Assembly: GCA_964270895.1 (NCBI GenBank)
Contig: OZ185439.1
DNA: 64,000 nucleotides
Source: Podarcis filfolensis
Taxonomy: Eukaryota
Strand: one strand, 5' to 3'
Below are positions 14,101 to 24,370 of this stretch, one piece after another (the stretch's first letter is position 1; each line of letters starts with the position of its first letter). The position numbers and the translations under genes were made by a program. The notes beneath the pieces were generated by a model, which saw nothing but the letters and a program-made list of their open reading frames with translations, did no database searches and was not told the DNA's origin.

Positions 14101-15551
14101 TTTCTTGCACAGCCCTGTAGAATGATGTATAAAAGATTCGTTCCTTGAAGAGCATATTGAGATCCAGCCAAGAACTTTGTTTTGCCTTTTAAGCCTACTG
14201 TGTATTGCAGGGCTTTCCAACTTCCAAGAGACTGCGATCTATTCCCACTATAAAAAAACTGCCAGTTATCTACCCATTGGATTGACCAAAGTTGTTTTTT
14301 AGGGAGCCAAAGCTGTTGAGCTCCAACCCCCCCCCCCCCCCGCTTTGCTACATTGGTGAGGGTCCAAAGGCAGAGCAGGAGCTAACACAGATATCCCACA
14401 ATCATCCAGTATATCGCGATCGACCTGTAGGACACGCCTGGTGTATTGTATTAGTTTTATGTTTGGCGTATTTGGGAAAATGTTTTGTGTATCATCCTTT
14501 TGTGGTGATACCATGTATTCAGTCGGGAATGGAGAAGAATTGGGATTGGTGTTTCTGTAGGAAAGGCATTACCATTGCTTATGGTGCCTACAAGGATCAA
14601 GCAAGCTCTGTTTACCTGCACTTAGAATAGGCCTGCAGCTCAGGAGGAGGAGGGAGGAAAAGAGAGTAAATAAAACACATGCTGTTGCTGTGAGGTAAAG
14701 CTCACTCTGTATGTAAGAGCCGGTAGATAGCACAAAATATCTGTTGTTTTCCCCAGCTTTAAGATTATGTTATGTTCATAGAGCTAGGCAAAAAGAAAAT
14801 TGGGTTTTGATTTTTATTTGTGCAAGGAAATTGCAAGAGTAACTTGGAGTGCCAGTCTATCCACATGGAATTGTTAACTTAGAAAGCTCTGAAGTTGTGT
14901 TGGCATGTGTGCTAAATATAGTATAGCAACTACAGTATTCCAAGTGTAAAGAAGCTTCATGGGGCAAGATGATCAATACACGACAGGACAGAGTAATAGC
15001 AGAGTGTTTGCTGTGCTTCTCTTTTTTCAGTTTTTTATTAGAATTCTGAGTCTCCACACGGTGGCAGTATAAATAAAGGCCAAAACATAGGGGTTTTTCC
15101 CCCCAGAGTAACTTGTTTACTATATAATATGTTAGCACTTGTAATTGTTCATGTTGTAGTATATTGTGCAGATTTGGAAAGGCTAATAATGTCATGGAAA
15201 AATATTTAGATTTTTGTGTATTCTACTCTTTGAATTACTAGTAATTCTCTTTAGCTTTTTCTAAAGCCTGGGCACATCAATCCCAGCTGCATCATTTTTA
15301 AATATTAATTTTTCAAGCTTTCCAAAAATGACAGCAGACGGGTGCTGTAGCCATTTCATTGTAGCTGGAGCCACATCAGAATTGTACTTCTGCCATATCC
15401 GTGCTCAGTTTTCCTCAACCTCATAATGTTGTCATTTATTATTACCGTGTATTTATTTATAGACAAAAATGGTGATTGCAGGAGTATAAAACAAGTGGAA
15501 AACAACATAATTATAATTAAAACAGAAAAAACAAAACCCAGTGATCCAGTA

Positions 15552-15629
<78 letters not shown>

Positions 15630-18600
15630 TATACAACAACAGCATGATCACTAGCACAGTTTTCAACAGGGCCACACCCCTGTCTTTTCCTGACAAAGCT
15701 TGTCATGCAGGGCAACCAAGCCAGTTTCAGCGCAGAACCCATGTCCAAACCCTGATTGAAATAAGAGCCAGACAATTACCATATTTTTCGCCCTATAGGA
15801 CGCACTTTTTCCCCTCCAAAAATGAAGGGGAAATCTGTGTGCGTCCTATGGGGCGAACGCAGGCTTTCGCTGAAGCTTGGAGAGCGAGAGGGGTCGGTGC
15901 GCACCGACCCCTCTCGCTCTCCAGGCTTCAGGAAGCTATCAGCAAGCCTGGGGAGCCCGCGGGAGTTCCTGCAGGGGTCCCTAGGCTGCGGATAGCAGCC
16001 TGCTTCCTGGAGCGCGGGGCGCGCTGAAAGCAGAGCGCCCGGCGCTTCGGGAAGACATCCGCAGCCTGCTTCCCGGAGCACGGGGCACGCTGGAAGCAGG
16101 GCGCCCGGCGCTTCGGGAAGACATCTGCAGCCTGCTGCATGGAGCACGGGGAGCGCTGAAGCAGAGCACCCCACGCTTAGGGCAGACATCGGGCAGCCCC
16201 ACAAGCTCGGGGGACTGCAGGGAGGCGGAGCGCCGCCATCCTGCTGTTCCCCGACCTGGTTTTGGGGGGGAAATAAAGGGAAAAAAAATTTCCTTTATTT
16301 CCCCCCAAAAAACTAGATGCGTCCTATGGGCCAGTGCGTCCTATGGGACGAAAAATACGGTAAGTCTCATCCAAAAGTAGCCACAGAGAATACTGCTCAA
16401 AGGATAGGTTTTGCCTGCATGCTATAGTTATCCTTTATTAACTGACATTTTATCATCTTCAGTCTCCTTCAGTGGGTATGATGTCATAGTCCTGCCTTTT
16501 TATAAATACAAATGAGTTTTTAGTTGTTACTCTATTTTAGTTTTATGTTTGTTTATGCTTACATCTTGTAAAAAAAGGAAATAATTAAAGTTCAATAAGT
16601 AATGATAAATGATGCTGTTGTATAGTACCCCTATATATCAACAAGAGCAAGGGCCACTGTAGTAATATTACGGCTGCCAGGGACTGCTGCTGCCTGGGGC
16701 TATGGTTGGATCTGAGTTTATGGTCACCACGTGGCTATGTGTCGGACGCGGGTGGCACTGTGGTCTAAACCACTGAGCCTCTTGGGCTTGCCGATTGGAA
16801 GGTCAGTGGTTCGAATCCCTGCGACGGGATGAGCTCCCGTTGCTCAGTCCCAGCTCCTGCCAACCTAGCAGTTCAAAAGCATGCCAGTGCAAGTAGATAA
16901 ATAGATACCGCTCCGGCGGGAAGGTAAACGGCGTTTCCATGCGCTGCTCTGATTTCAGTGTTCCATTGCGCCAGAGGCAGCTTAGTCATGCTGGCCACAT
17001 GACCTGGAAAAACTGTCTGCAGACAAACGCCGCCTCGGCCTGAAAGTAAGATGAAATGGGGCAGCCCCAGAGTCACCTTTGACAGGACTCAACCGTCCAG
17101 GTTTCCTTTACCTTTTACCTATGTGTCGGTATTGGGATATTACTTTGCACAAATAAAAGTAATACTGTGGCCTCGTAGGCTTGAGTTAGGCATTTTGTAG
17201 GGGAATCAGTTTAATATTGAATGTGGTGATCCAGTTCACACATGCACACAATGACTCAGGAGTTACTGATTTGCAGCTGAATGTATGAACAGACACCGTT
17301 TAAAGCATACGTCTAAAGTGCTGTGTGTGATTGTGTGCTCCTCCACAGTTGAATCACAAAGTCACGATGTGATCATTACAGCATGTTTTTAGTCAGTTAA
17401 TAAAAGAGAGGCATCCCTAATAGAAAAGAGGACACAAAGGGAAGTAGAACAGAATTGCTATAAAGGACAAAGCACATTGGTATATATAGTCACTGTGCCA
17501 TGTTGAATGTGTGCTCAGAAAGTTAAATTGCCTTAGAGAGCTAAGGTCACTTTCAACTCCATTGTGAGGCTTCTAATGGACCCTTTGAGTTAATAATTCT
17601 GTAGTGAAAGATCAGGAGTGTAAAGAGGTAAGCCTCGTCAGACATTTGATTGTGTTTTCTCCCCTGCTGCTAAATGTTTGGAACACCTGAAGCTTTTAAC
17701 TATGAGAATGTAACTGCAGACAAATTGGGGTGGGGAGGAGAGTGGTATCTCCAGAATGGGATGTTTAGCTAGGAGGCTTAGATATTGGGAACTACTAACC
17801 AGCTTTATGTATCATTTGGAATGCATATGCATCATCAGTGGAATATCAATGCATAAACCATCTATAGAGCAACGCATGGATAAAATAGCTGCTCTCTCAA
17901 TTATAAAATAACTGTGCTGTTTGGCAATGAAACAGCTTTAAAACACTTATTAAAAGAAATACTTAGTTCTGGATATTCTAATAGAATTCATTGGAATTTT
18001 AAATTTACTAACTGGTCTGTCTGCATAATAAATAAAGCTGTCAATTCTATTTGCCAAATGTTAGGAATTTAATTGCTTCTTGCTTTCTTGGATCAAAGTA
18101 TTTCCAGTGGCAATGCTTTCTCTGTATAGTTCTGGATAATGCCAGCTGTGGCAGTTGTTCATTTTTGAGCACATTTTATTAGTGTCTAAAAAGAGATGGA
18201 GAACTTGCACTAACAAAAGCAAAAGATCTAAGCTTATTCAACACACCTGAGTTCCTCTGACAATTAGCATTGTGATGAAGCATGATGAAAGAGAAAGGTT
18301 TTTCTAAAAAGTATTAATGTAGAGGTACACAGAGGCTGGTGCATACAATGAGCTATTGTGGTGAACCCAAGTAGTTGAAAAATAAGTTGCCATTAAAGGA
18401 GAATATAATAAATGGAAAGATAGATTCAGCCGTGACAAAAGTGAGATTCCATTAGTACTCGGAAAGTGTAAGTGTTGCACACTTTTGAGTTGCACTGATG
18501 AGAACATGAAAAACAGGATAAATGGTATTTGCTCCAGGTGGAAGGAGGGAAGTGGGGATGAATTGTGGTTCTGCTGTCTCCCAAGGGTTACTGCTCAGCT

Positions 18601-19153
18601 AAATTCCCCTCTATTTGCTCACAGTACAGGATCTTCCCTTGCACTTAAACCTACTTTCCTATGATAGAGGTAAGGGAAAGAATATTCTAATAAGCCCCTT
18701 GTGTCCGCATGATTAAGGAGGATGTGGTAGTACTAAAAGTCTAAAAGTGGATAGGTTTTGGTTCAACATACTGCAAGCAGAGTTCTGCCACCCCAAAGAA
18801 AGCTGCTCCTAGGGTAAAGGATGTGACACAAGAGGCTTCATTTGGCAGGGGGAATCTTCTCTTTGCACAAATAAAAGTGCATCTCACACACATTATTGCT
18901 CTGTTGGAGCCAAGCCACTATATGCAGACTTTGCTTATGCATCAACTACTAGATTAACCTAGTTCCCCCCCTTTCTTCCAGAGGTAACAGTGAAGAAGAA
19001 GAAATTCTTAAGACCAATAAGAATGTTTATTCACTTCTTTTGCGATCAGCAGCAAATAAAAACCTGACTCTGCTAGAAAGAACGGAAGTTGTTTTAAACT
19101 TATTGGAAAAGCTGACTCAGGATAATGAAGGCAATAATCTGGGAATTCAGTGA
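1..19153 (+). CDS. EDRF1: EDRF1 (erythroid differentiation regulatory factor 1), 3' part, 17 coding exons; 5' end lies outside the window
   Basis: Exons 1-38, 514-661, 1287-1395, 2668-2779, 3612-3872, 4427-4498, 4598-4748, 5373-5561, 6539-6739, 7883-8101, 9444-9667, 10971-11129, 12166-12315, 12853-13006, 13209-13324, 13651-13817, 18982-19153 join with consistent phases into one frame (2642 nt) ending at TGA 19151-19153. Peptides such as KYEMIKTEDIPNLENSNFSTKVIKDIAQNILSFLK and WDSVNWELSTTYFTMATL match recalled human EDRF1. Confidence 0.97.
293..447 (+). mobile_element. tRNA-Asn-derived SINE relic with a CR1-LINE-like tail
   Basis: 293-353 aligns to tRNA-Asn(GTT), anticodon at 319-321, with CpG-type decay. 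It is followed by gggttggactagatgacc...ttccaactctac...tgattct, typical of CR1 3' ends. Confidence 0.7.
514..661 (+). CDS. EDRF1: EDRF1 exon KYEMIK...HTYWLFK
   Basis: ttttag| acceptor, G|gtgagc donor. Confidence 0.95.
823..872 (+). repeat. (TTTC)n microsatellite, about 12 units
   Basis: Read directly. Confidence 0.95.
1287..1395 (+). CDS. EDRF1: EDRF1 exon ASGSDIVKLYDL...VAILLYK
   Basis: tttcag| acceptor, AA|gtaagt donor. Confidence 0.95.
2159..2422. mobile_element. Tc1/mariner-type MITE (family A)
   Basis: 22-bp TIR CAGTGGT(G/A)CCTCGCAAGACGAA with 1 mismatch, TA on both flanks, internal cgtcttgcgaag repeats. Confidence 0.9.
2668..2779 (+). CDS. EDRF1: EDRF1 exon VACNMMLKK...GRHPQ
   Basis: tcctag| acceptor, CAG|gtaaga donor. 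Confidence 0.95.
3612..3872 (+). CDS. EDRF1: EDRF1 exon IIASANYMLSELFQLDEP...THQIR
   Basis: aataaag| acceptor, CGT|gtaagt donor, 87 codons. Confidence 0.95.
4427..4498 (+). CDS. EDRF1: EDRF1 exon PSCAFPVCHDTEERCRLVLNYVLE
   Basis: gtgcag| acceptor, GAG|gtaagt donor. Confidence 0.95.
4598..4748 (+). CDS. EDRF1: EDRF1 exon GLKSVDSS...MALFLDK
   Basis: aaacag| acceptor, A|gtaagc donor; preceded by a 99-nt intron. Confidence 0.95.
5373..5561 (+). CDS. EDRF1: EDRF1 exon MGSFREVK...KLALQCH
   Basis: ttatag| acceptor, G|gtaagt donor. Confidence 0.95.
6097..6282. mobile_element. hAT (Charlie-like) MITE
   Basis: 14-bp imperfect TIRs (CTGGGGTAGTCAAC / CAGGGGATGTCAAC) and an exact 8-bp TSD CTCTAGCC at 6089-6096 and 6283-6290. 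Confidence 0.8.
6539..6739 (+). CDS. EDRF1: EDRF1 exon DTYCCLCTNML...RESSCQ
   Basis: aactag| acceptor, G|gtaatg donor. Confidence 0.95.
7883..8101 (+). CDS. EDRF1: EDRF1 exon VFSWATDLSTDL...LQSERG, ending at a GC donor
   Basis: ttctag| acceptor. Among nearby candidates, the donor that keeps phase 1 with the next exon is G|gcaagt at 8102. Confidence 0.88.
8132..8197 (+). repeat. Compound (AC)8 ... (GA)22 microsatellite
   Basis: Read directly. Confidence 0.95.
9444..9667 (+). CDS. EDRF1: EDRF1 exon ENKTVSAAEQQLWKK...LYYNK
   Basis: ttctag| acceptor, AAG|gtaaca donor. Confidence 0.95.
9865..10090 (+). mobile_element. Tc1/mariner-type MITE (family B, copy 1)
   Basis: TIR CAGTGGTACC(T/C)(T/C)GGGTTA, TA flanks; four more copies in the window. 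Confidence 0.92.
10971..11129 (+). CDS. EDRF1: EDRF1 exon AVDYYLKALRSL...KAQEQ
   Basis: ctgtag| acceptor, CAG|gtaact donor. Confidence 0.95.
11135..11176 (+). repeat. (TG)21 microsatellite starting at intron position +6
   Basis: Read directly. Confidence 0.95.
11478..11832 (-). mobile_element. RTE-clade LINE 3' fragment
   Basis: Minus-strand translation GQQKRFKDALK...NWETLACECSSWR...CLHCGRTCGSRIGLHSH resembles the RTE ORF C-terminal C2H2-type motif; short AAG-type tail. Confidence 0.8.
12166..12315 (+). CDS. EDRF1: EDRF1 exon IEKEVSESMMKSL...CLRNQ
   Basis: tgttag| acceptor, CAG|gtattt donor. Confidence 0.95.
12853..13006 (+). CDS. EDRF1: EDRF1 exon VGDEHQRKQ...AEFQMA
   Basis: tcaaag| acceptor, A|gtaagt donor. 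Confidence 0.95.
13209..13324 (+). CDS. EDRF1: EDRF1 exon SQNSSAGKLKTL...AEFEQ
   Basis: ttctag| acceptor, CAG|gtaaac donor. Confidence 0.95.
13651..13817 (+). CDS. EDRF1: EDRF1 penultimate exon RLEDNK...FESRLSFLLLQSIKLLTSTKRKVG
   Basis: gtttag| acceptor, GG|gtaagt donor; the donor is duplicated 79 nt downstream. Confidence 0.92.
13787..13946 (+). repeat. Exact 79-bp tandem duplication spanning an EDRF1 exon end and splice donor
   Basis: aactgcttacatca...ctttgcatg at 13787-13865 repeated at 13866-13944. Confidence 0.95.
14208..14440. mobile_element. hAT-type MITE
   Basis: Ends CAGGGC... and ...cgcctg, with an exact 8-bp TSD GTGTATTG at 14200-14207 and 14441-14448. Confidence 0.8.
15557..15627 (+). 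repeat. Compound (TC)21(AC)14 microsatellite
   Basis: Read directly. Confidence 0.95.
15779..16360. mobile_element. Tc1/mariner (Tigger/pogo-like) non-autonomous element (family C) with an internal palindrome and 66-bp tandem repeats
   Basis: 27-bp TIR CC(A/G)TATTTTTCG...ATAGGACGCAC with 3 mismatches, TA flanks, GC-rich interior. Confidence 0.88.
16744..17118 (+). mobile_element. Sauria SINE (Squam1-like), full length
   Basis: tRNA-like head with gttcgaatcc B box, (tttacc)n tail, and direct repeat ctatgtgtcgg at 16735-16745 and 17119-17129; homologous to the copy at 51778. Confidence 0.88.
18982..19153 (+). CDS. EDRF1: EDRF1 terminal coding exon GNSEEEEILKTNKNVYSLLLRSAANKNLTLLER...GIQ*
   Basis: ctttcttccag| acceptor, phase 2 matches. 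Similar to recalled human ILKTNKHIYSQLLRATANKTATLLER. Confidence 0.92.
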
Positions 19154-19284
19154 CCCACCTTAATGCTTGTACATGTTGCAACCATTGAATCAGTGCCTTG
19201 CTCAAAAAGGGATTTGTGGTTCTCTTCCATAGATTGCCCGCTTTATTTATATTGTTACATATTTATAAGATTGTACAGTTGGAA

Positions 19285-19290
19285 AATAAA
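19285..19290 (+). terminator. Candidate proximal polyA signal (AATAAA) of EDRF1; a distal candidate lies at 19838-19843
   Basis: AATAAA about 130 nt after the stop codon; actual use unknown. Confidence 0.45.
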
Positions 19291-19469
19291 ACTATTGTTA
19301 ACCTTTGAATGCTGTTATGAATTAGCATATATTTTTTGTTTTTACACTTCTGGGTTTGTTTTGAAATGCTCAAAGAGAAATGTACAGTTAGTTTATTTAA
19401 TCTGAACTGTAATGGGCTTTGTATTGTTGCAAAGCAGAATGGTTTTGCTAGCACTCTACTCTGTTTCAC

Positions 19470-19607
19470 CAGGGGTGGGGAACATGGGCCCTACAGCTGT
19501 TGCTGGACTCCCAACCCTCGGCATTTGTGGCCACTGGCTGCATTGGCTGGGCCTGATGGGAACTGGAGTCCTGTCACATCTCAAAGGCCACAGATTCCCC
19601 ACCCTTG
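19470..19607. mobile_element. hAT-type palindromic MITE
   Basis: caggggtggggaac ... attccccacccttg inverted ends; degenerate 8-bp flanks tgtttcac / tgttacag. Confidence 0.7.
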
Positions 19608-22600
19608 TGTTACAGCAAAAGTCCCCTTTGCTGTTTCTTTCCACTATGCATTCTCTGCTAAGCAAAACGTCCGTGAAAGGCACATGCCAGCAGTATTAAT
19701 TAAAACCATAACATTACAATTACAGATTCCTCCAAAAATGTGCCTTTTGCACTTCAATGCAAACACTTAAAATAGACATTACTCTGAGAAATGAAACGGG
19801 CTTGTTTGTACCTCACTGTCACTTTTTCAGAAATGTGAATAAACAGTTGTATATTGAAGAAATTTTATTAAAAATTTATCCCAGTGGTCATCATTTCATT
19901 TCTGTTGTCTCATTTTCCTCCCAGAAAACCTCAAAGGTATCAGTGCATACAAAGGTTGCTGTGTTGGTTCTTTTGTTTGTTCTTTTGTAGAGGTTTGTAA
20001 CACCATCAGGGAACACAAGTTTCTTTTAAAAAGAAATATTGTTCCTGCATTGCACTATAATCTCATTCTGCAAATGGCTACCATTTATTCCATTTAACCA
20101 AATATTCCGAGTAACTTGAAAGATTGCTCATTCTTGCTTTTCCACAGAATCACTTTATGTTGCCTACTGTGTCTTCTCTTGTGTATGACTGACAGGCTAT
20201 ATTATCTTGTATTATTTAGTAGGCATCATATGCAATGTTCAAAATTGTGACCCTATGGTGTCTTTGCATGTTCTAATTCGGCCCAGATACTCTCTGCATG
20301 ATATGACTGAGCTACCAACCAATAGTTCTCTCATCTTATTCTGAGTCATTTTGACTCATTGGCTTGGATCCTAACTTTTATTTTGCTCTTGGGGTTTGGG
20401 GAACCCTTGAGCTGTGTGGAGAGCTGCAGGCAGCCAAGCGAACATGGTTTATTCTATAAAGGCTACACTATGTTGGTTAAATGCAACCTGATTCTGTAAG
20501 CATTTTCTACATAGTAGCTATATAGATATTTCAGTGAATTATTATTTTTTTAATTTGCAGCTCCAAAAAGATGTATAGTCCTTATCTGGACCACCTGGAG
20601 TGCATTCTAAGCATCACTTCCTTTGGCAGTTTGATATGGAGTTGTTCCCAGCTGCAGAGAGCATTTTGTGCAATGGAACAGTTCTTTTCCTTTCTTTTGT
20701 CCCCCATATACCCATGGGATATGCTGTGGGCTAATTTGTCTGGGCCTGCGGTGGGAGGGCATAATTGTCCCAAAGCAGGTAGGGGAATCTTGCACAAGAT
20801 TCTTCTGTCCAATATCTGGTGATTCACCTCCACCCTGTTCTGGATAACACAGCCCACAATGTTTGGTAGGTCCTGCTGAGTATCTAGAGACTTTTTGTGG
20901 GGGGTGGGGGTGGCGAGAAGGAAAGGTAGATCAAATGAGCTACCTTAACTTGTGCTTCTACGATGTTCAATACATCTCATGAGCACAATAACTTTGCTAC
21001 AGGTAAGCTTGGAGAATACTTGTGGATTTTCCTCTAATAATTGGAATTTACTTCTTTTAAAAAGATGTTAAATGAAAGGCCTCTTCGTAAGTTGCACCAA
21101 TAGATTGTATTACCACCAATGTAAATAATGTGGGATAACTAGCTTCGTATAACCAATATGCTTAAGTCTAATTAATGCATGAAGGGGTTAAAACCAGAGT
21201 AAGCTCTCCTGCCTTGCTACTTGAAACTTGGGAGGGACTAGCTTATCAAGCCTTTGTTCCAAGATGCTCAGGATGTAAAGAGATCCAAGCTGGTTGTTCC
21301 AAGCTCAGATTTCATGGCTCTAACTTTCTTGAGTTCATATACCAATAATTTAGGAACTTTCACCGATGTAACTAAACCAAGTTTTACTGTCTGTGCAACC
21401 TTTTCTGGCTGCTGTATGGAAAAGCACACGAACCTGACCCATGGGGAGTTTGTAAGTAAACCATTTTTAACTTAACCAAATGTGTGCCTTTTCTATGCTA
21501 ATGGAAGAGGGAAGTTTTGAAACTCACAAGGATGCATTTTAAAGGTCTAGCAGCCTGTATTTCCACACACTAATTTTCTGCGTATGTGGTGATTTTAAAA
21601 CCTCTTTGGGGGTTTTGCCCCAAACCTGGATGTTAGCATCCAGGAATTCTCTTTTCTATATGCCTATTTTATTTTTTCCTTGCCACCAACAAATAAAAGT
21701 ACTTTACATTATCCTCTTAATGAGAGTGATATTTTTTATATTCAGCATTTTATGTCAAGCAGAGTAATAGTGATTGTTTATATGTATGAAATATCTTCCA
21801 ACTATTGTAGATAACTTTATTATTTTGGCTATTGTCTGGAAAGAGATTCTGCTGGAGTTTTTAGAGTGAATTAAGCAACAGCCACTTAGCTACTGGATGT
21901 TTTGTTGCATGCTGACATTCTTTTATGAGGAAGCCAACTGTTTGGTTTAACTTGTGCTATCTACATAACAACCATTGCCTATATCCTTTTGTGCTTCACC
22001 TATTTAAAGTTTAAAGAGAACCAAAGTAAACCTACATACCGTATTAACCATTTCCAGTCAGCTGGATCCAGGGGGTGCTTAGAGTAACAATGGCATATAT
22101 AACTTGTTCAAGAAGCCATTTTAACTTGCAAAAGATGCTGATAAATATTGTAGCTCATTTTTTTCAGGCCTTATATTTGATCAGTTTGCATGGAATCTGT
22201 CTTGCAAAACAGTTTACCCCCACTCTGAATGTAGTACTTTAAAAGTTTGCATTGCTTCCTTATAAAAGCGTTTAGAAAAGTTGAGTGAAGGCAGAACGGT
22301 CCAGAACAGAGATCAGCTTTCCAAATGCTAGGCAAACAGCTTGCTGTAAAACTGAGTTTCTTGCTAAGGGGGAAATTGGCAGGTCTGCATCTCTTCTTTC
22401 CTACTCCCTACTGTAGATTCAAGGCTGCAGCTTATTGCTTTGGGGCTCCCATGTGAAGAGGAGCTAAGGCTTTGTTGCCATGAAGATTTATATATATATA
22501 TATAAAAAATCAAACACTTTAACAATTGGGCAGATAACAGGGATTGAATTCATTCTACCTAGCCTGACTCTAGCAGTCTAGATCATAGAGTTATGCTGAC

Positions 22601-24029
22601 CACTGACTGCAAAACAGTTGAATTGCTTTAGTGCCTATAAACTCTGTCCCTTATGTTTTATAAGCAGCAATTCTCTCCCCTCTAGTCTCAGTTAATGCAC
22701 TTTGGCATCAGAGAGAAATTACACAGCAGGAACTGTCATTACCCAAGCCAGAGCACTAAATAACCGGTGTAATGTACCTTTTCTTTTGCTCTGTACTGGG
22801 GTAGTCAGGCATCATGCCTTCTGTCTGAGCAAATTAGGAGGTGATACTGATGTGTAGGCTCGATGCTCTTCTATGGCCTCATTCTGTGTCGTAAGACAGC
22901 ATTTGTTTCTCCTTTACATTCTAAGCATTATTTATTAAGAGACATTATGTGAGCTAGCCTAAATGAATCAGTGCATTTTCTTTTAACTTTTCTTTCTGTT
23001 AGATGAGTCCTGTTAAATCTCTTTTAATTAGTAATGATGGCTCTACATTTTGCTATCCAGCATATAGACAACAATCCCGGAGGCATAATAAAATCCACAA
23101 TATTCAAGTACACAGATTATCTAGTATTGTTGCCTTTGGTAGAGAGCTGATCATGTTAGACAGGACAAGGTTTTAGAATGCTGTAGCAGCCTTCTACTAA
23201 TAACATTTCACCACGAGCCACCGACAAAATGTTGTAATTCCAACACAGAACTGAACAGTAAATGGCTGCAAAGTAGATGGAGGCCCCTTTCCATTTCTTC
23301 AGGCATCTGAAGTGGCTTTGAAAGGGACATCCATGCTTTCATTCTTTTCCGTCTACATGAATATGTTAGTAAGGCAGTAAATGGAGTAGTTTGTTACAAC
23401 TCCCTTCCCCAGTGGTGGTGCAGCTGTTGTCCCAAGTTCTCCCTATGCTTTATGAAAACAAAAAGACCCTAGCTGCATCAGACCAGAGGTCCACCTGTAC
23501 TTTGCACAGTACAGCTCACAAACATGGCTTAAGAGTTGATAATCCTCTCTTGCTATATTATCCTACATCTGTGGCAAATTTGGAGGCAATTTTGTGCAAA
23601 ACAGTATTCCACAGTGGTGGCTGATGCTCATTGGGATTGCTAGAGAAGAATGGAGGCAGGTAAAGCCAAAGCCGACTAATTCTAGTCTTGTCTCCATCTT
23701 CTGTTCTGAATTTCACAATAGCAACATGAGAATCAAGAGGAGGCAACAGTCACTGCCACCCAATGGGCTGCTTGTTACGGAAGAAGGCAGACAGAGGTTG
23801 GTATGGCAGTGCGCCATTTGCCCTAGTGAACAAGATTCCACTGCTATTCTGTATCACCATCATGACCAAGAACCAGCGAGAGATATTGTCCATGATTCTG
23901 AACTGGTCTAAGTACAACAGAAAATAAAATGGAGAGAGAAATGCAAAGTTTACAGGGAGGGTTTCCCTGCTACCCGTCTTAACATTTTGACAGCTCACAC
24001 AGTAGGACTTTGTAGGTTGATCTGAATGC

Positions 24030-24370
24030 CTGGCAGTCTCATAGGGGTGTAGTTGGTCCTTCAGATAACATGATCTCAGAACTTTGAGGGCTTTAAAAGT
24101 TCAAAACTGAAACTTTAAATGGACCTGGAAATGAAACTGGCAAAAAGTACAGAATTGGCTCCCACAAGCATTATTGCTGCTGCATTCTGTACCAATGGAA
24201 TTTTCTTAACTGAAAGGTAACCACACACGGAGAGCATTATTCTAATTCATTGTGGATGTAACCAGTGCATGAGTCACTATGGCAAGGTCTCATTTCACCA
24301 GATAGATTCCAGCCAAACTGAAGCTGTGGCCCCTATTGCAAAATCAATTTAACTGGGTGACCAGTTCTGG
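24030..24370 (-). mobile_element. L2 LINE ORF2 C-terminal relic
   Basis: Minus strand reads HALVTS..N*NNAL.VWLP then, after a frameshift, LVQNAAAIMLVG; resembles L2 HALVTSRLDYCNALYVGLP...LVQNAAARLL. Confidence 0.7.

Noticed and set aside
15356-16204. Overlapping 127-142 aa ORFs on both strands
   Set aside because: Produced by the (TC)(AC) microsatellite and the 66-bp GC-rich repeats of MITE C.
21393-21443. Minus-strand HGSGSCAFPYSSQKRLH spaced like MMP21 HLGCPRAFDGSGQEFAH
   Set aside because: Only 6/17 identity, no acceptor upstream, and in the wrong order relative to the 22030-22192 candidate.
22030-22192. Possible decayed MMP21 catalytic exon on -: H-E-T-D-Q-I-*-G-L (after removing one base) versus HEIGHVLGL, then LDPADWK versus LDWSDRK
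   Set aside because: Needs a frameshift, the spacer is 93 nt versus about 66 expected and shows no similarity, and there are no matching splice sites. Within chance for a manual search; worth including in an HMM test only.
23594-23998. 105-aa (+) and 82-aa (-) ORFs in the EDRF1-UROS interval as a possible novel gene
   Set aside because: No recognisable motif and no chain of splice sites supporting a gene model; the length is compatible with chance or an old repeat.
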